Source: Hydrurus foetidus (taxonomy: Eukaryota). Taken from it: DNA of 54,463 nucleotides. Location of the stretch: positions 1 to 54,463 of the forward strand of contig UYFQ01000117.1 of the NCBI GenBank assembly GCA_900617105.1, in the 5' to 3' direction. A program made the position numbers and the translations under genes. This document shows positions 11,901-26,781 of this stretch, in pieces. Position 1 is the first letter of the stretch. Each line of letters starts with the position of its first letter. The notes under the pieces are model-generated. The model saw only the letters and a program-made list of their open reading frames with translations, was not told the DNA's origin and did no database searches.

Positions 11901-14900
11901 CACCGAAGATGAACACAGTCGGTACTACCAATACATACAGGGAAGCCCAGTCTCTCGTAAACGCTGAATGTTCTATGAATCTCGGCTTCAGTCATAGGTG
12001 CATTGCAGTAAACATCAAAGTACTCCTTCGAGAACAGATAACAGAAGGAGTGAAAGAACATCCGATTGCATTCTGCACTGATAAATGATAGTTCCTCAAT
12101 CCCATCAAAGCAGTATCCTCGTCCCAAAACACGTAAAACTCCAAGTATTTTGAGCTCAAGCGGAGCCCCTCTTCTACCAGAGGCATCAGGTAGGATATTG
12201 AAGGATAACCTTCCTTTCCTTTGTGTAAGGAACGATCTCCCGCTGGACACCTCTCCCACCGAAGATGAACACAGTCGGTACTACCAATACATACAGGGAA
12301 GCCCAGTCTCTCGTAAACGCTGAATGTTCTATGAATCTCGGCTTCAGTCATAGGTGCATTGCAGTAAACATCAAAGTACTCCTTCGAGAACAGATAACAG
12401 AAGGAGTGAAAGAACATCCGATTGCATTCTGCACTGATAAATGATAGTTCCTCAATCCCATCAAAGCAGTATCCTCGTCCCAAAACACGTAAAACTCCAA
12501 GTATTTTGAGCTCAAGCGGAGCCCCTCTTCTACCAGAGGCATCAGGTAGGATATTGAAGGATAACCTTCCTTTCCTTTGTGTAAGGAACGATCTCCCGCT
12601 GGACACCTCTCCCACCGAAGATGAACACAGTCGGTACTACCAATACATACAGGGAAGCCCAGTCTCTCGTAAACGCTGAATGTTCTATGAATCTCGGCTT
12701 CAGTCATAGGTGCATTGCAGTAAACATCAAAGTACTCCTTCGAGAACAGATAACAGAAGGAGTGAAAGAACATCCGATTGCATTCTGCACTGATAAGTGA
12801 TAGTTCCTCAATCCCATCAAAGCAGTATCCTCGTCCCAAAACACGTAAAACTCCAAGTATTTTGAGCTCAAGCGGAGCCCCTCTTCTACCAGAGGCATCA
12901 GGTAGGATATTGAAGGATAACCTTCCTTTCCTTTGTGTAAGGAACGATCTCCCGCTGGACACCTCTCCCACCGAAGATGAACACAGTCGGTACTACCAAT
13001 ACATACAGGGAAGCCCAGTCTCTCGTAAACGCTGAATGTTCTATGAATCTCGGCTTCAGTCATAGGTGCATTGCAGTAAACATCAAAGTACTCCTTCGAG
13101 AACAGATAACAGAAGGAGTGAAAGAACATCCGATTGCATTCTGCACTGATAAGTGATAGTTCCTCAATCCCATCAAAGCAGTATCCTCGTCCCAAAACAC
13201 GTAAAACTCCAAGTATTTTGAGCTCAAGCGGAGCCCCTCTTCTACCAGAGGCATCAGGTAGGATATTGAAGGATAACCTTCCTTTCCTTTGTGTAAGGAA
13301 CGATCTCCCGCTGGACACCTCTCCCACCGAAGATGAACACAGTCGGTACTACCAATACATACAGGGAAGCCCAGTCTCTCGTAAACGCTGAATGTTCTAT
13401 GAATCTCGGCTTCAGTCATAGGTGCATTGCAGTAAACATCAAAGTACTCCTTCGAGAACAGATAACAGAAGGAGTGAAAGAACATCCGATTGCATTCTGC
13501 ACTGATAAGTGATAGTTCCTCAATCCCATCAAAGCAGTATCCTCGTCCCAAAACACGTAAAACTCCAAGTATTTTGAGCTCAAGCGGAGCCCCTCTTCTA
13601 CCAGAGGCATCAGGTAGGATATTGAAGGATAACCTTCCTTTCCTTTGTGTAAGGAACGATCTCCCGCTGGACACCTCTCCCACCGAAGATGAACACAGTC
13701 GGTACTACCAATACATACAGGGAAGCCCAGTCTCTCGTAAACGCTGAATGTTCTATGAATCTCGGCTTCAGTCATAGGTGCATTGCAGTAAACATCAAAG
13801 TACTCCTTCGAGAACAGATAACAGAAGGAGTGAAAGAACATCCGATTGCATTCTGCACTGATAAGTGATAGTTCCTCAATCCCATCAAAGCAGTATCCTC
13901 GTCCCAAAACACGTAAAACTCCAAGTATTTTGAGCTCAAGCGGAGCCCCTCTTCTACCAGAGGCATCAGGTAGGATATTGAAGGATAACCTTCCTTTCCT
14001 TTGTGTAAGGAACGATCTCCCGCTGGACACCTCTCCCACCGAAGATGAACACAGTCGGTACTACCAATACATACAGGGAAGCCCAGTCTCTCGTAAACGC
14101 TGAATGTTCTATGAATCTCGGCTTCAGTCATAGGTGCATTGCAGTAAACATCAAAGTACTCCTTCGAGAACAGATAACAGAAGGAGTGAAAGAACATCCG
14201 ATTGCATTCTGCACTGATAAGTGATAGTTCCTCAATCCCATCAAAGCAGTATCCTCGTCCCAAAACACGTAAAACTCCAAGTATTTTGAGCTCAAGCGGA
14301 GCCCCTCTTCTACCAGAGGCATCAGGTAGGATATTGAAGGATAACCTTCCTTTCCTTTGTGTAAGGAACGATCTCCCGCTGGACACCTCTCCCACCGAAG
14401 ATGAACACAGTCGGTACTACCAATACATACAGGGAAGCCCAGTCTCTCGTAAACGCTGAATGTTCTATGAATCTCGGCTTCAGTCATAGGTGCATTGCAG
14501 TAAACATCAAAGTACTCCTTCGAGAACAGATAACAGAAGGAGTGAAAGAACATCCGATTGCATTCTGCACTGATAAGTGATAGTTCCTCAATCCCATCAA
14601 AGCAGTATCCTCGTCCCAAAACACGTAAAACTCCAAGTATTTTGAGCTCAAGCGGAGCCCCTCTTCTACCAGAGGCATCAGGTAGGATATTGAAGGATAA
14701 CCTTCCTTTCCTTTGTGTAAGGAACGATCTCCCGCTGGACACCTCTCCCACCGAAGATGAACACAGTCGGTACTACCAATACATACAGGGAAGCCCAGTC
14801 TCTCGTAAACGCTGAATGTTCTATGAATCTCGGCTTCAGTCATAGGTGCATTGCAGTAAACATCAAAGTACTCCTTCGAGAACAGATAACAGAAGGAGTG

Positions 14901-17900
14901 AAAGAACATCCGATTGCATTCTGCACTGATAAGTGATAGTTCCTCAATCCCATCAAAGCAGTATCCTCGTCCCAAAACACGTAAAACTCCAAGTATTTTG
15001 AGCTCAAGCGGAGCCCCTCTTCTACCAGAGGCATCAGGTAGGATATTGAAGGATAACCTTCCTTTCCTTTGTGTAAGGAACGATCTCCCGCTGGACACCT
15101 CTCCCACCGAAGATGAACACAGTCGGTACTACCAATACATACAGGGAAGCCCAGTCTCTCGTAAACGCTGAATGTTCTATGAATCTCGGCTTCAGTCATA
15201 GGTGCATTGCAGTAAACATCAAAGTACTCCTTCGAGAACAGATAACAGAAGGAGTGAAAGAACATCCGATTGCATTCTGCACTGATAAGTGATAGTTCCT
15301 CAATCCCATCAAAGCAGTATCCTCGTCCCAAAACACGTAAAACTCCAAGTATTTTGAGCTCAAGCGGAGCCCCTCTTCTACCAGAGGCATCAGGTAGGAT
15401 ATTGAAGGATAACCTTCCTTTCCTTTGTGTAAGGAACGATCTCCCGCTGGACACCTCTCCCACCGAAGATGAACACAGTCGGTACTACCAATACATACAG
15501 GGAAGCCCAGTCTCTCGTAAACGCTGAATGTTCTATGAATCTCGGCTTCAGTCATAGGTGCATTGCAGTAAACATCAAAGTACTCCTTCGAGAACAGATA
15601 ACAGAAGGAGTGAAAGAACATCCGATTGCATTCTGCACTGATAAGTGATAGTTCCTCAATCCCATCAAAGCAGTATCCTCGTCCCAAAACACGTAAAACT
15701 CCAAGTATTTTGAGCTCAAGCGGAGCCCCTCTTCTACCAGAGGCATCAGGTAGGATATTGAAGGATAACCTTCCTTTCCTTTGTGTAAGGAACGATCTCC
15801 CGCTGGACACCTCTCCCACCGAAGATGAACACAGTCGGTACTACCAATACATACAGGGAAGCCCAGTCTCTCGTAAACGCTGAATGTTCTATGAATCTCG
15901 GCTTCAGTCATAGGTGCATTGCAGTAAACATCAAAGTACTCCTTCGAGAACAGATAACAGAAGGAGTGAAAGAACATCCGATTGCATTCTGCACTGATAA
16001 GTGATAGTTCCTCAATCCCATCAAAGCAGTATCCTCGTCCCAAAACACGTAAAACTCCAAGTATTTTGAGCTCAAGCGGAGCCCCTCTTCTACCAGAGGC
16101 ATCAGGTAGGATATTGAAGGATAACCTTCCTTTCCTTTGTGTAAGGAACGATCTCCCGCTGGACACCTCTCCCACCGAAGATGAACACAGTCGGTACTAC
16201 CAATACATACAGGGAAGCCCAGTCTCTCGTAAACGCTGAATGTTCTATGAATCTCGGCTTCAGTCATAGGTGCATTGCAGTAAACATCAAAGTACTCCTT
16301 CGAGAACAGATAACAGAAGGAGTGAAAGAACATCCGATTGCATTCTGCACTGATAAGTGATAGTTCCTCAATCCCATCAAAGCAGTATCCTCGTCCCAAA
16401 ACACGTAAAACTCCAAGTATTTTGAGCTCAAGCGGAGCCCCTCTTCTACCAGAGGCATCAGGTAGGATATTGAAGGATAACCTTCCTTTCCTTTGTGTAA
16501 GGAACGATCTCCCGCTGGACACCTCTCCCACCGAAGATGAACACAGTCGGTACTACCAATACATACAGGGAAGCCCAGTCTCTCGTAAACGCTGAATGTT
16601 CTATGAATCTCGGCTTCAGTCATAGGTGCATTGCAGTAAACATCAAAGTACTCCTTCGAGAACAGATAACAGAAGGAGTGAAAGAACATCCGATTGCATT
16701 CTGCACTGATAAGTGATAGTTCCTCAATCCCATCAAAGCAGTATCCTCGTCCCAAAACACGTAAAACTCCAAGTATTTTGAGCTCAAGCGGAGCCCCTCT
16801 TCTACCAGAGGCATCAGGTAGGATATTGAAGGATAACCTTCCTTTCCTTTGTGTAAGGAACGATCTCCCGCTGGACACCTCTCCCACCGAAGATGAACAC
16901 AGTCGGTACTACCAATACATACAGGGAAGCCCAGTCTCTCGTAAACGCTGAATGTTCTATGAATCTCGGCTTCAGTCATAGGTGCATTGCAGTAAACATC
17001 AAAGTACTCCTTCGAGAACAGATAACAGAAGGAGTGAAAGAACATCCGATTGCATTCTGCACTGATAAGTGATAGTTCCTCAATCCCATCAAAGCAGTAT
17101 CCTCGTCCCAAAACACGTAAAACTCCAAGTATTTTGAGCTCAAGCGGAGCCCCTCTTCTACCAGAGGCATCAGGTAGGATATTGAAGGATAACCTTCCTT
17201 TCCTTTGTGTAAGGAACGATCTCCCGCTGGACACCTCTCCCACCGAAGATGAACACAGTCGGTACTACCAATACATACAGGGAAGCCCAGTCTCTCGTAA
17301 ACGCTGAATGTTCTATGAATCTCGGCTTCAGTCATAGGTGCATTGCAGTAAACATCAAAGTACTCCTTCGAGAACAGATAACAGAAGGAGTGAAAGAACA
17401 TCCGATTGCATTCTGCACTGATAAGTGATAGTTCCTCAATCCCATCAAAGCAGTATCCTCGTCCCAAAACACGTAAAACTCCAAGTATTTTGAGCTCAAG
17501 CGGAGCCCCTCTTCTACCAGAGGCATCAGGTAGGATATTGAAGGATAACCTTCCTTTCCTTTGTGTAAGGAACGATCTCCCGCTGGACACCTCTCCCACC
17601 GAAGATGAACACAGTCGGTACTACCAATACATACAGGGAAGCCCAGTCTCTCGTAAACGCTGAATGTTCTATGAATCTCGGCTTCAGTCATAGGTGCATT
17701 GCAGTAAACATCAAAGTACTCCTTCGAGAACAGATAACAGAAGGAGTGAAAGAACATCCGATTGCATTCTGCACTGATAAGTGATAGTTCCTCAATCCCA
17801 TCAAAGCAGTATCCTCGTCCCAAAACACGTAAAACTCCAAGTATTTTGAGCTCAAGCGGAGCCCCTCTTCTACCAGAGGCATCAGGTAGGATATTGAAGG

Positions 17901-20900
17901 ATAACCTTCCTTTCCTTTGTGTAAGGAACGATCTCCCGCTGGACACCTCTCCCACCGAAGATGAACACAGTCGGTACTACCAATACATACAGGGAAGCCC
18001 AGTCTCTCGTAAACGCTGAATGTTCTATGAATCTCGGCTTCAGTCATAGGTGCATTGCAGTAAACATCAAAGTACTCCTTCGAGAACAGATAACAGAAGG
18101 AGTGAAAGAACATCCGATTGCATTCTGCACTGATAAGTGATAGTTCCTCAATCCCATCAAAGCAGTATCCTCGTCCCAAAACACGTAAAACTCCAAGTAT
18201 TTTGAGCTCAAGCGGAGCCCCTCTTCTACCAGAGGCATCAGGTAGGATATTGAAGGATAACCTTCCTTTCCTTTGTGTAAGGAACGATCTCCCGCTGGAC
18301 ACCTCTCCCACCGAAGATGAACACAGTCGGTACTACCAATACATACAGGGAAGCCCAGTCTCTCGTAAACGCTGAATGTTCTATGAATCTCGGCTTCAGT
18401 CATAGGTGCATTGCAGTAAACATCAAAGTACTCCTTCGAGAACAGATAACAGAAGGAGTGAAAGAACATCCGATTGCATTCTGCACTGATAAGTGATAGT
18501 TCCTCAATCCCATCAAAGCAGTATCCTCGTCCCAAAACACGTAAAACTCCAAGTATTTTGAGCTCAAGCGGAGCCCCTCTTCTACCAGAGGCATCAGGTA
18601 GGATATTGAAGGATAACCTTCCTTTCCTTTGTGTAAGGAACGATCTCCCGCTGGACACCTCTCCCACCGAAGATGAACACAGTCGGTACTACCAATACAT
18701 ACAGGGAAGCCCAGTCTCTCGTAAACGCTGAATGTTCTATGAATCTCGGCTTCAGTCATAGGTGCATTGCAGTAAACATCAAAGTACTCCTTCGAGAACA
18801 GATAACAGAAGGAGTGAAAGAACATCCGATTGCATTCTGCACTGATAAGTGATAGTTCCTCAATCCCATCAAAGCAGTATCCTCGTCCCAAAACACGTAA
18901 AACTCCAAGTATTTTGAGCTCAAGCGGAGCCCCTCTTCTACCAGAGGCATCAGGTAGGATATTGAAGGATAACCTTCCTTTCCTTTGTGTAAGGAACGAT
19001 CTCCCGCTGGACACCTCTCCCACCGAAGATGAACACAGTCGGTACTACCAATACATACAGGGAAGCCCAGTCTCTCGTAAACGCTGAATGTTCTATGAAT
19101 CTCGGCTTCAGTCATAGGTGCATTGCAGTAAACATCAAAGTACTCCTTCGAGAACAGATAACAGAAGGAGTGAAAGAACATCCGATTGCATTCTGCACTG
19201 ATAAGTGATAGTTCCTCAATCCCATCAAAGCAGTATCCTCGTCCCAAAACACGTAAAACTCCAAGTATTTTGAGCTCAAGCGGAGCCCCTCTTCTACCAG
19301 AGGCATCAGGTAGGATATTGAAGGATAACCTTCCTTTCCTTTGTGTAAGGAACGATCTCCCGCTGGACACCTCTCCCACCGAAGATGAACACAGTCGGTA
19401 CTACCAATACATACAGGGAAGCCCAGTCTCTCGTAAACGCTGAATGTTCTATGAATCTCGGCTTCAGTCATAGGTGCATTGCAGTAAACATCAAAGTACT
19501 CCTTCGAGAACAGATAACAGAAGGAGTGAAAGAACATCCGATTGCATTCTGCACTGATAAGTGATAGTTCCTCAATCCCATCAAAGCAGTATCCTCGTCC
19601 CAAAACACGTAAAACTCCAAGTATTTTGAGCTCAAGCGGAGCCCCTCTTCTACCAGAGGCATCAGGTAGGATATTGAAGGATAACCTTCCTTTCCTTTGT
19701 GTAAGGAACGATCTCCCGCTGGACACCTCTCCCACCGAAGATGAACACAGTCGGTACTACCAATACATACAGGGAAGCCCAGTCTCTCGTAAACGCTGAA
19801 TGTTCTATGAATCTCGGCTTCAGTCATAGGTGCATTGCAGTAAACATCAAAGTACTCCTTCGAGAACAGATAACAGAAGGAGTGAAAGAACATCCGATTG
19901 CATTCTGCACTGATAAGTGATAGTTCCTCAATCCCATCAAAGCAGTATCCTCGTCCCAAAACACGTAAAACTCCAAGTATTTTGAGCTCAAGCGGAGCCC
20001 CTCTTCTACCAGAGGCATCAGGTAGGATATTGAAGGATAACCTTCCTTTCCTTTGTGTAAGGAACGATCTCCCGCTGGACACCTCTCCCACCGAAGATGA
20101 ACACAGTCGGTACTACCAATACATACAGGGAAGCCCAGTCTCTCGTAAACGCTGAATGTTCTATGAATCTCGGCTTCAGTCATAGGTGCATTGCAGTAAA
20201 CATCAAAGTACTCCTTCGAGAACAGATAACAGAAGGAGTGAAAGAACATCCGATTGCATTCTGCACTGATAAGTGATAGTTCCTCAATCCCATCAAAGCA
20301 GTATCCTCGTCCCAAAACACGTAAAACTCCAAGTATTTTGAGCTCAAGCGGAGCCCCTCTTCTACCAGAGGCATCAGGTAGGATATTGAAGGATAACCTT
20401 CCTTTCCTTTGTGTAAGGAACGATCTCCCGCTGGACACCTCTCCCACCGAAGATGAACACAGTCGGTACTACCAATACATACAGGGAAGCCCAGTCTCTC
20501 GTAAACGCTGAATGTTCTATGAATCTCGGCTTCAGTCATAGGTGCATTGCAGTAAACATCAAAGTACTCCTTCGAGAACAGATAACAGAAGGAGTGAAAG
20601 AACATCCGATTGCATTCTGCACTGATAAGTGATAGTTCCTCAATCCCATCAAAGCAGTATCCTCGTCCCAAAACACGTAAAACTCCAAGTATTTTGAGCT
20701 CAAGCGGAGCCCCTCTTCTACCAGAGGCATCAGGTAGGATATTGAAGGATAACCTTCCTTTCCTTTGTGTAAGGAACGATCTCCCGCTGGACACCTCTCC
20801 CACCGAAGATGAACACAGTCGGTACTACCAATACATACAGGGAAGCCCAGTCTCTCGTAAACGCTGAATGTTCTATGAATCTCGGCTTCAGTCATAGGTG

Positions 20901-23900
20901 CATTGCAGTAAACATCAAAGTACTCCTTCGAGAACAGATAACAGAAGGAGTGAAAGAACATCCGATTGCATTCTGCACTGATAAGTGATAGTTCCTCAAT
21001 CCCATCAAAGCAGTATCCTCGTCCCAAAACACGTAAAACTCCAAGTATTTTGAGCTCAAGCGGAGCCCCTCTTCTACCAGAGGCATCAGGTAGGATATTG
21101 AAGGATAACCTTCCTTTCCTTTGTGTAAGGAACGATCTCCCGCTGGACACCTCTCCCACCGAAGATGAACACAGTCGGTACTACCAATACATACAGGGAA
21201 GCCCAGTCTCTCGTAAACGCTGAATGTTCTATGAATCTCGGCTTCAGTCATAGGTGCATTGCAGTAAACATCAAAGTACTCCTTCGAGAACAGATAACAG
21301 AAGGAGTGAAAGAACATCCGATTGCATTCTGCACTGATAAGTGATAGTTCCTCAATCCCATCAAAGCAGTATCCTCGTCCCAAAACACGTAAAACTCCAA
21401 GTATTTTGAGCTCAAGCGGAGCCCCTCTTCTACCAGAGGCATCAGGTAGGATATTGAAGGATAACCTTCCTTTCCTTTGTGTAAGGAACGATCTCCCGCT
21501 GGACACCTCTCCCACCGAAGATGAACACAGTCGGTACTACCAATACATACAGGGAAGCCCAGTCTCTCGTAAACGCTGAATGTTCTATGAATCTCGGCTT
21601 CAGTCATAGGTGCATTGCAGTAAACATCAAAGTACTCCTTCGAGAACAGATAACAGAAGGAGTGAAAGAACATCCGATTGCATTCTGCACTGATAAGTGA
21701 TAGTTCCTCAATCCCATCAAAGCAGTATCCTCGTCCCAAAACACGTAAAACTCCAAGTATTTTGAGCTCAAGCGGAGCCCCTCTTCTACCAGAGGCATCA
21801 GGTAGGATATTGAAGGATAACCTTCCTTTCCTTTGTGTAAGGAACGATCTCCCGCTGGACACCTCTCCCACCGAAGATGAACACAGTCGGTACTACCAAT
21901 ACATACAGGGAAGCCCAGTCTCTCGTAAACGCTGAATGTTCTATGAATCTCGGCTTCAGTCATAGGTGCATTGCAGTAAACATCAAAGTACTCCTTCGAG
22001 AACAGATAACAGAAGGAGTGAAAGAACATCCGATTGCATTCTGCACTGATAAGTGATAGTTCCTCAATCCCATCAAAGCAGTATCCTCGTCCCAAAACAC
22101 GTAAAACTCCAAGTATTTTGAGCTCAAGCGGAGCCCCTCTTCTACCAGAGGCATCAGGTAGGATATTGAAGGATAACCTTCCTTTCCTTTGTGTAAGGAA
22201 CGATCTCCCGCTGGACACCTCTCCCACCGAAGATGAACACAGTCGGTACTACCAATACATACAGGGAAGCCCAGTCTCTCGTAAACGCTGAATGTTCTAT
22301 GAATCTCGGCTTCAGTCATAGGTGCATTGCAGTAAACATCAAAGTACTCCTTCGAGAACAGATAACAGAAGGAGTGAAAGAACATCCGATTGCATTCTGC
22401 ACTGATAAGTGATAGTTCCTCAATCCCATCAAAGCAGTATCCTCGTCCCAAAACACGTAAAACTCCAAGTATTTTGAGCTCAAGCGGAGCCCCTCTTCTA
22501 CCAGAGGCATCAGGTAGGATATTGAAGGATAACCTTCCTTTCCTTTGTGTAAGGAACGATCTCCCGCTGGACACCTCTCCCACCGAAGATGAACACAGTC
22601 GGTACTACCAATACATACAGGGAAGCCCAGTCTCTCGTAAACGCTGAATGTTCTATGAATCTCGGCTTCAGTCATAGGTGCATTGCAGTAAACATCAAAG
22701 TACTCCTTCGAGAACAGATAACAGAAGGAGTGAAAGAACATCCGATTGCATTCTGCACTGATAAGTGATAGTTCCTCAATCCCATCAAAGCAGTATCCTC
22801 GTCCCAAAACACGTAAAACTCCAAGTATTTTGAGCTCAAGCGGAGCCCCTCTTCTACCAGAGGCATCAGGTAGGATATTGAAGGATAACCTTCCTTTCCT
22901 TTGTGTAAGGAACGATCTCCCGCTGGACACCTCTCCCACCGAAGATGAACACAGTCGGTACTACCAATACATACAGGGAAGCCCAGTCTCTCGTAAACGC
23001 TGAATGTTCTATGAATCTCGGCTTCAGTCATAGGTGCATTGCAGTAAACATCAAAGTACTCCTTCGAGAACAGATAACAGAAGGAGTGAAAGAACATCCG
23101 ATTGCATTCTGCACTGATAAATGATAGTTCCTCAATCCCATCAAAGCAGTATCCTCGTCCCAAAACACGTAAAACTCCAAGTATTTTGAGCTCAAGCGGA
23201 GCCCCTCTTCTACCAGAGGCATCAGGTAGGATATTGAAGGATAACCTTCCTTTCCTTTGTGTAAGGAACGATCTCCCGCTGGACACCTCTCCCACCGAAG
23301 ATGAACACAGTCGGTACTACCAATACATACAGGGAAGCCCAGTCTCTCGTAAACGCTGAATGTTCTATGAATCTCGGCTTCAGTCATAGGTGCATTGCAG
23401 TAAACATCAAAGTACTCCTTCGAGAACAGATAACAGAAGGAGTGAAAGAACATCCGATTGCATTCTGCACTGATAAGTGATAGTTCCTCAATCCCATCAA
23501 AGCAGTATCCTCGTCCCAAAACACGTAAAACTCCAAGTATTTTGAGCTCAAGCGGAGCCCCTCTTCTACCAGAGGCATCAGGTAGGATATTGAAGGATAA
23601 CCTTCCTTTCCTTTGTGTAAGGAACGATCTCCCGCTGGACACCTCTCCCACCGAAGATGAACACAGTCGGTACTACCAATACATACAGGGAAGCCCAGTC
23701 TCTCGTAAACGCTGAATGTTCTATGAATCTCGGCTTCAGTCATAGGTGCATTGCAGTAAACATCAAAGTACTCCTTCGAGAACAGATAACAGAAGGAGTG
23801 AAAGAACATCCGATTGCATTCTGCACTGATAAGTGATAGTTCCTCAATCCCATCAAAGCAGTATCCTCGTCCCAAAACACGTAAAACTCCAAGTATTTTG

Positions 23901-26781
23901 AGCTCAAGCGGAGCCCCTCTTCTACCAGAGGCATCAGGTAGGATATTGAAGGATAACCTTCCTTTCCTTTGTGTAAGGAACGATCTCCCGCTGGACACCT
24001 CTCCCACCGAAGATGAACACAGTCGGTACTACCAATACATACAGGGAAGCCCAGTCTCTCGTAAACGCTGAATGTTCTATGAATCTCGGCTTCAGTCATA
24101 GGTGCATTGCAGTAAACATCAAAGTACTCCTTCGAGAACAGATAACAGAAGGAGTGAAAGAACATCCGATTGCATTCTGCACTGATAAGTGATAGTTCCT
24201 CAATCCCATCAAAGCAGTATCCTCGTCCCAAAACACGTAAAACTCCAAGTATTTTGAGCTCAAGCGGAGCCCCTCTTCTACCAGAGGCATCAGGTAGGAT
24301 ATTGAAGGATAACCTTCCTTTCCTTTGTGTAAGGAACGATCTCCCGCTGGACACCTCTCCCACCGAAGATGAACACAGTCGGTACTACCAATACATACAG
24401 GGAAGCCCAGTCTCTCGTAAACGCTGAATGTTCTATGAATCTCGGCTTCAGTCATAGGTGCATTGCAGTAAACATCAAAGTACTCCTTCGAGAACAGATA
24501 ACAGAAGGAGTGAAAGAACATCCGATTGCATTCTGCACTGATAAGTGATAGTTCCTCAATCCCATCAAAGCAGTATCCTCGTCCCAAAACACGTAAAACT
24601 CCAAGTATTTTGAGCTCAAGCGGAGCCCCTCTTCTACCAGAGGCATCAGGTAGGATATTGAAGGATAACCTTCCTTTCCTTTGTGTAAGGAACGATCTCC
24701 CGCTGGACACCTCTCCCACCGAAGATGAACACAGTCGGTACTACCAATACATACAGGGAAGCCCAGTCTCTCGTAAACGCTGAATGTTCTATGAATCTCG
24801 GCTTCAGTCATAGGTGCATTGCAGTAAACATCAAAGTACTCCTTCGAGAACAGATAACAGAAGGAGTGAAAGAACATCCGATTGCATTCTGCACTGATAA
24901 GTGATAGTTCCTCAATCCCATCAAAGCAGTATCCTCGTCCCAAAACACGTAAAACTCCAAGTATTTTGAGCTCAAGCGGAGCCCCTCTTCTACCAGAGGC
25001 ATCAGGTAGGATATTGAAGGATAACCTTCCTTTCCTTTGTGTAAGGAACGATCTCCCGCTGGACACCTCTCCCACCGAAGATGAACACAGTCGGTACTAC
25101 CAATACATACAGGGAAGCCCAGTCTCTCGTAAACGCTGAATGTTCTATGAATCTCGGCTTCAGTCATAGGTGCATTGCAGTAAACATCAAAGTACTCCTT
25201 CGAGAACAGATAACAGAAGGAGTGAAAGAACATCCGATTGCATTCTGCACTGATAAGTGATAGTTCCTCAATCCCATCAAAGCAGTATCCTCGTCCCAAA
25301 ACACGTAAAACTCCAAGTATTTTGAGCTCAAGCGGAGCCCCTCTTCTACCAGAGGCATCAGGTAGGATATTGAAGGATAACCTTCCTTTCCTTTGTGTAA
25401 GGAACGATCTCCCGCTGGACACCTCTCCCACCGAAGATGAACACAGTCGGTACTACCAATACATACAGGGAAGCCCAGTCTCTCGTAAACGCTGAATGTT
25501 CTATGAATCTCGGCTTCAGTCATAGGTGCATTGCAGTAAACATCAAAGTACTCCTTCGAGAACAGATAACAGAAGGAGTGAAAGAACATCCGATTGCATT
25601 CTGCACTGATAAGTGATAGTTCCTCAATCCCATCAAAGCAGTATCCTCGTCCCAAAACACGTAAAACTCCAAGTATTTTGAGCTCAAGCGGAGCCCCTCT
25701 TCTACCAGAGGCATCAGGTAGGATATTGAAGGATAACCTTCCTTTCCTTTGTGTAAGGAACGATCTCCCGCTGGACACCTCTCCCACCGAAGATGAACAC
25801 AGTCGGTACTACCAATACATACAGGGAAGCCCAGTCTCTCGTAAACGCTGAATGTTCTATGAATCTCGGCTTCAGTCATAGGTGCATTGCAGTAAACATC
25901 AAAGTACTCCTTCGAGAACAGATAACAGAAGGAGTGAAAGAACATCCGATTGCATTCTGCACTGATAAGTGATAGTTCCTCAATCCCATCAAAGCAGTAT
26001 CCTCGTCCCAAAACACGTAAAACTCCAAGTATTTTGAGCTCAAGCGGAGCCCCTCTTCTACCAGAGGCATCAGGTAGGATATTGAAGGATAACCTTCCTT
26101 TCCTTTGTGTAAGGAACGATCTCCCGCTGGACACCTCTCCCACCGAAGATGAACACAGTCGGTACTACCAATACATACAGGGAAGCCCAGTCTCTCGTAA
26201 ACGCTGAATGTTCTATGAATCTCGGCTTCAGTCATAGGTGCATTGCAGTAAACATCAAAGTACTCCTTCGAGAACAGATAACAGAAGGAGTGAAAGAACA
26301 TCCGATTGCATTCTGCACTGATAAGTGATAGTTCCTCAATCCCATCAAAGCAGTATCCTCGTCCCAAAACACGTAAAACTCCAAGTATTTTGAGCTCAAG
26401 CGGAGCCCCTCTTCTACCAGAGGCATCAGGTCTTTCTGTGAACCAGTTGTTCTCTCTCGTAAGTGCAACCAATCTTAAGAATACAGGGAATGGAACCCTA
26501 AAGCGGCGGCGAAATAGAACTCCACCTTTCTTATCAGTCGGATCTTGTGTTCTCGGATTCATTAGCATCCTTCCCCACGTTGAATATTCGTACATAGGAC
26601 GTGCCTCTGACTTCCTAACACGGAAGATAGTAAGCTTCTCTATGCCATCATTCGTATCATCAACCTCAAAGGGATCAACGAGTAGCAATTTTCGACGTTT
26701 CGCAGATTGATCAGCATGAAACTCAAGTCTAGTCATGAGATCATCAATGGTATTAAGTTGGTTTAACATTTCTACGGTCAA
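8964..26781 (-). pseudogene. PIF/Harbinger transposase (Plant_tran/DDE_Tnp_4-like), interrupted by the 356-bp tandem array
   Basis: Motifs FRRRFRVP, GFPxCIGSTDCVH, GAKNDKT, YLLVDGGY (reached by a frameshift near 9520), RKDVECTFGSLKGRF, CCIIHN. Premature TGA at 9216-9218; C-terminus …KLIDHFAY…KCV* ends at 8964. Confidence 0.92.
9698..26431. repeat. Tandem array of 47 x 356-bp units derived from transposase coding sequence
   Basis: ORF track repeats with period 356. The array spans 16734 bp = 47 x 356 + a 2-bp GT junction microhomology. I saw only one variable site (G/A). Confidence 0.98.

Noticed and set aside
9698..26431. Tandem array as a CRISPR array or as a family of 207-aa and 85-aa genes
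   Set aside because: There are no unique spacers or cas genes. The ORFs are by-products of a 356-bp unit that shifts frame at each junction, and the 85-aa ORFs are antisense to the transposase.
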